Position numbers and translations under genes: made by a program
Notes under the pieces: generated by a model
What the model saw: only the letters and a program-made list of their open reading frames with translations
The model's database searches: none
What the model was told of the DNA's origin: nothing
NCBI RefSeq assembly: GCF_963853765.1
Contig: NC_088854.1
Location: forward strand, 29,946,001-30,010,000
Direction: 5' to 3'
From: Magallana gigas
Lineage: Eukaryota
Length of the DNA: 64,000 nt
Shown here: positions 62,342 to 64,000 of the stretch, piece after piece
Numbering within the stretch: position 1 is the first letter of the stretch
How the letters are laid out: every line of letters begins with the position of its first letter

Positions 62342-64000
62342 ATGCTCTCCTTTGTAGCTTTGACCGTGTTTGTGCAGAGTGTGTTTGGAGGAAACCTGGT
62401 AGAGGTTCTACAAAACGATGGGGAGACGACTTTGATAGCTCTTGTTAAACAAGCGGGTCTGGCCGACGCTCTACTGTCAGGTATGCTGATTTCAATAATA
62501 AATTATATATTAGACGATTAAATTATTGAATTGTTTTGTCTAAGCGGAATTACTAGAAAACTCAAGTGGTGTAGGTCAAGAGGAGTTTTAATTTTGTTTT
62601 TAATTCAAATATTCAAAATAATAAATGATATCAATTCGAGACATGTTTCACCCATTTGCTCTCAAAATGACTGGACCTTGCAAATGGTTATTCAAAAATA
62701 AAATAAAACAATATGTAAACACTATTTAAGTTTTTCCAAACCACTGCCTTAAAAACAATACATTTTCGTGACATTTAACCTATTACCAAATAAATGATAT
62801 AACTCAATTGAAACCAAAAAAGTGAATCATAATCTATGCAAATTTCAAAATCTCATTACATCATTTTATGACTACATGTAGACCCTAAACTAAGTCCGGA
62901 TTTAACAATGCATTCAATCTCTACTAATGATTACTAATTTTAATTTTCTGTTTACTATCACAGGAGAGTACACCATATTTGCTCCAACAAACGCTGCTTT
63001 CTCCAAACTTCCCCAGTCCGTGCTTGATGGTCTACAGAGAGATACCACCGCTTTGGCAAATATACTGAAATACCACGTGGTCAAAGGCTCCATTCACAAG
63101 GCCGATGCATCCAATGAACTTCAGTTGGAGACTTTGGCTGGAACCAAAATCAGATTTAACATCTATAATCACAATCACGTAAGTGTTTTAAAGTTTTCTT
63201 TTTTGTGATACCCAAATTCGTCAAACCTATCTTCTCGCATACAATCGCTCAAACTACAAAGACATTTTTGCTTGTACATGCAGGTTGTTACAGTGGAAGG
63301 ATCCAAAATCACACATTTCGACCTAACCGCCTCTAATGGAATGGTGCACGTGATTGACACTGTGATGATGCCTCCTTCAGGAAGCATTGTGGATTTGGTG
63401 GCCGGCAACAGCGACTTGAGCACTCTTTTATCTAAGGTCCAGTCAGCTGGATTGGCCGGGGCACTACAAGGTTCATTATTCTGCTTGTTTTATTATTATT
63501 TTTTTTCCAATTTTATTTTTTTAGCATTGTTTAAAAAATGAATATTTAATATTCCCACTATTTTATACAGGAGATGCTTTAACAGTGTTTGCACCAACCA
63601 ATGCTGCTTTCAATAGACTTGGTAGTCATGTTTTGGACAACCTTAGAAGAAACCCACAGCTTCTTAAAGGTATGCATTTCTCAATTGATATCTTCTTTAT
63701 TGATGATTACAACTCAAATTTAAAATGCAGGCAAGATCTCTCTTTTTCTCATTAGAAATTCTGGAGTACCACGTCGTTCCTCACACTGAATACTCAGCTG
63801 GATTGTACAACCGAGAATACCTCAGAACCCTTGATACTCACCATGACGTCATCAGACTTGGAGTCAGCAGTAAGTATTCAAGCTTACGTTATTGTATCAA
63901 TCACCTTTATTGTTATTTTAGATATCTGTGCATCGTTAAATCAAATAATACAATAAATTTTCCTTATTCCAGGTACTAATGGTGTTGTTATTAATCATCG
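62342..64000 (+). CDS. Two-FAS1-domain secreted protein, array copy F, 3'-truncated by the window. Exons 62342-62480, 62964-63178, 63284-63470, 63571-63669, 63756-63869, 63973->64000
   Basis: Exactly 5700 bp downstream of copy E with the same junctions. Signal peptide variant MLSF. Confidence 0.9.

Larger units (their letters stand above)
30957..64000 (+). repeat. Tandem segmental array of at least six fasciclin gene units. ATG-to-ATG spacing 6556, 5890, 5902, 5975, 5700 bp; continues beyond the window
   Basis: Upstream, intron and downstream sequence recur with each gene. Homology to the spacers begins at about 30957 (CCCCCCCTCCCCCGATGCTAGG...GAATTTTGACCTCTACATTCCAAGAACGTGAAGG). Confidence 0.95.

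Noticed and set aside
1-64000. CRISPR arrays, rRNA/tRNA genes, prokaryotic operons or an intact transposase/RT gene
   Set aside because: None seen. The sequence is intron-rich eukaryotic DNA, the periodicity comes from a gene-sized tandem array, and the only RT-related piece is a short decayed LINE fragment.

Overview
AT-rich eukaryotic genomic DNA with spliceosomal introns, MITEs, microsatellites and one 142-N gap. It looks like an oyster/bivalve genome, which is an inference from repeat types, tacatgta abundance and gene content. The ORF track misses most real gene structures, so I rebuilt them by hand from GT/AG junctions and frame continuity. From left to right: (1) the 3' part of a three-exon secreted prepropeptide gene (signal peptide, short pro-region, KR, 54-aa mature peptide with two CxxxC motifs); (2) three related two-exon genes for small secreted Met/Gly-rich proteins, two ending in a shared six-Cys module with beta-defensin-like CC spacing and one lacking it; (3) a six-exon secreted two-FAS1-domain (fasciclin/TGFBI-like) gene; (4) a convergent three-exon claudin/PMP-22-family gene; (5) from about 31 kb to the end, a head-to-tail array of at least six intact, nearly identical two-FAS1 genes (unit 5.7-6.6 kb). 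The array shows mosaic gene-conversion patterns, His enrichment and a C-terminal ILGKK. Non-coding highlights are a perfect 137-bp nested palindrome in a fasciclin intron and several non-autonomous DNA transposons with clear TIRs, some with TSDs. The best candidate for an undescribed system is this cluster of small secreted proteins, especially the Met/Gly plus six-Cys family and the KR-processed peptide. No database searches were run, so novelty is unverified.
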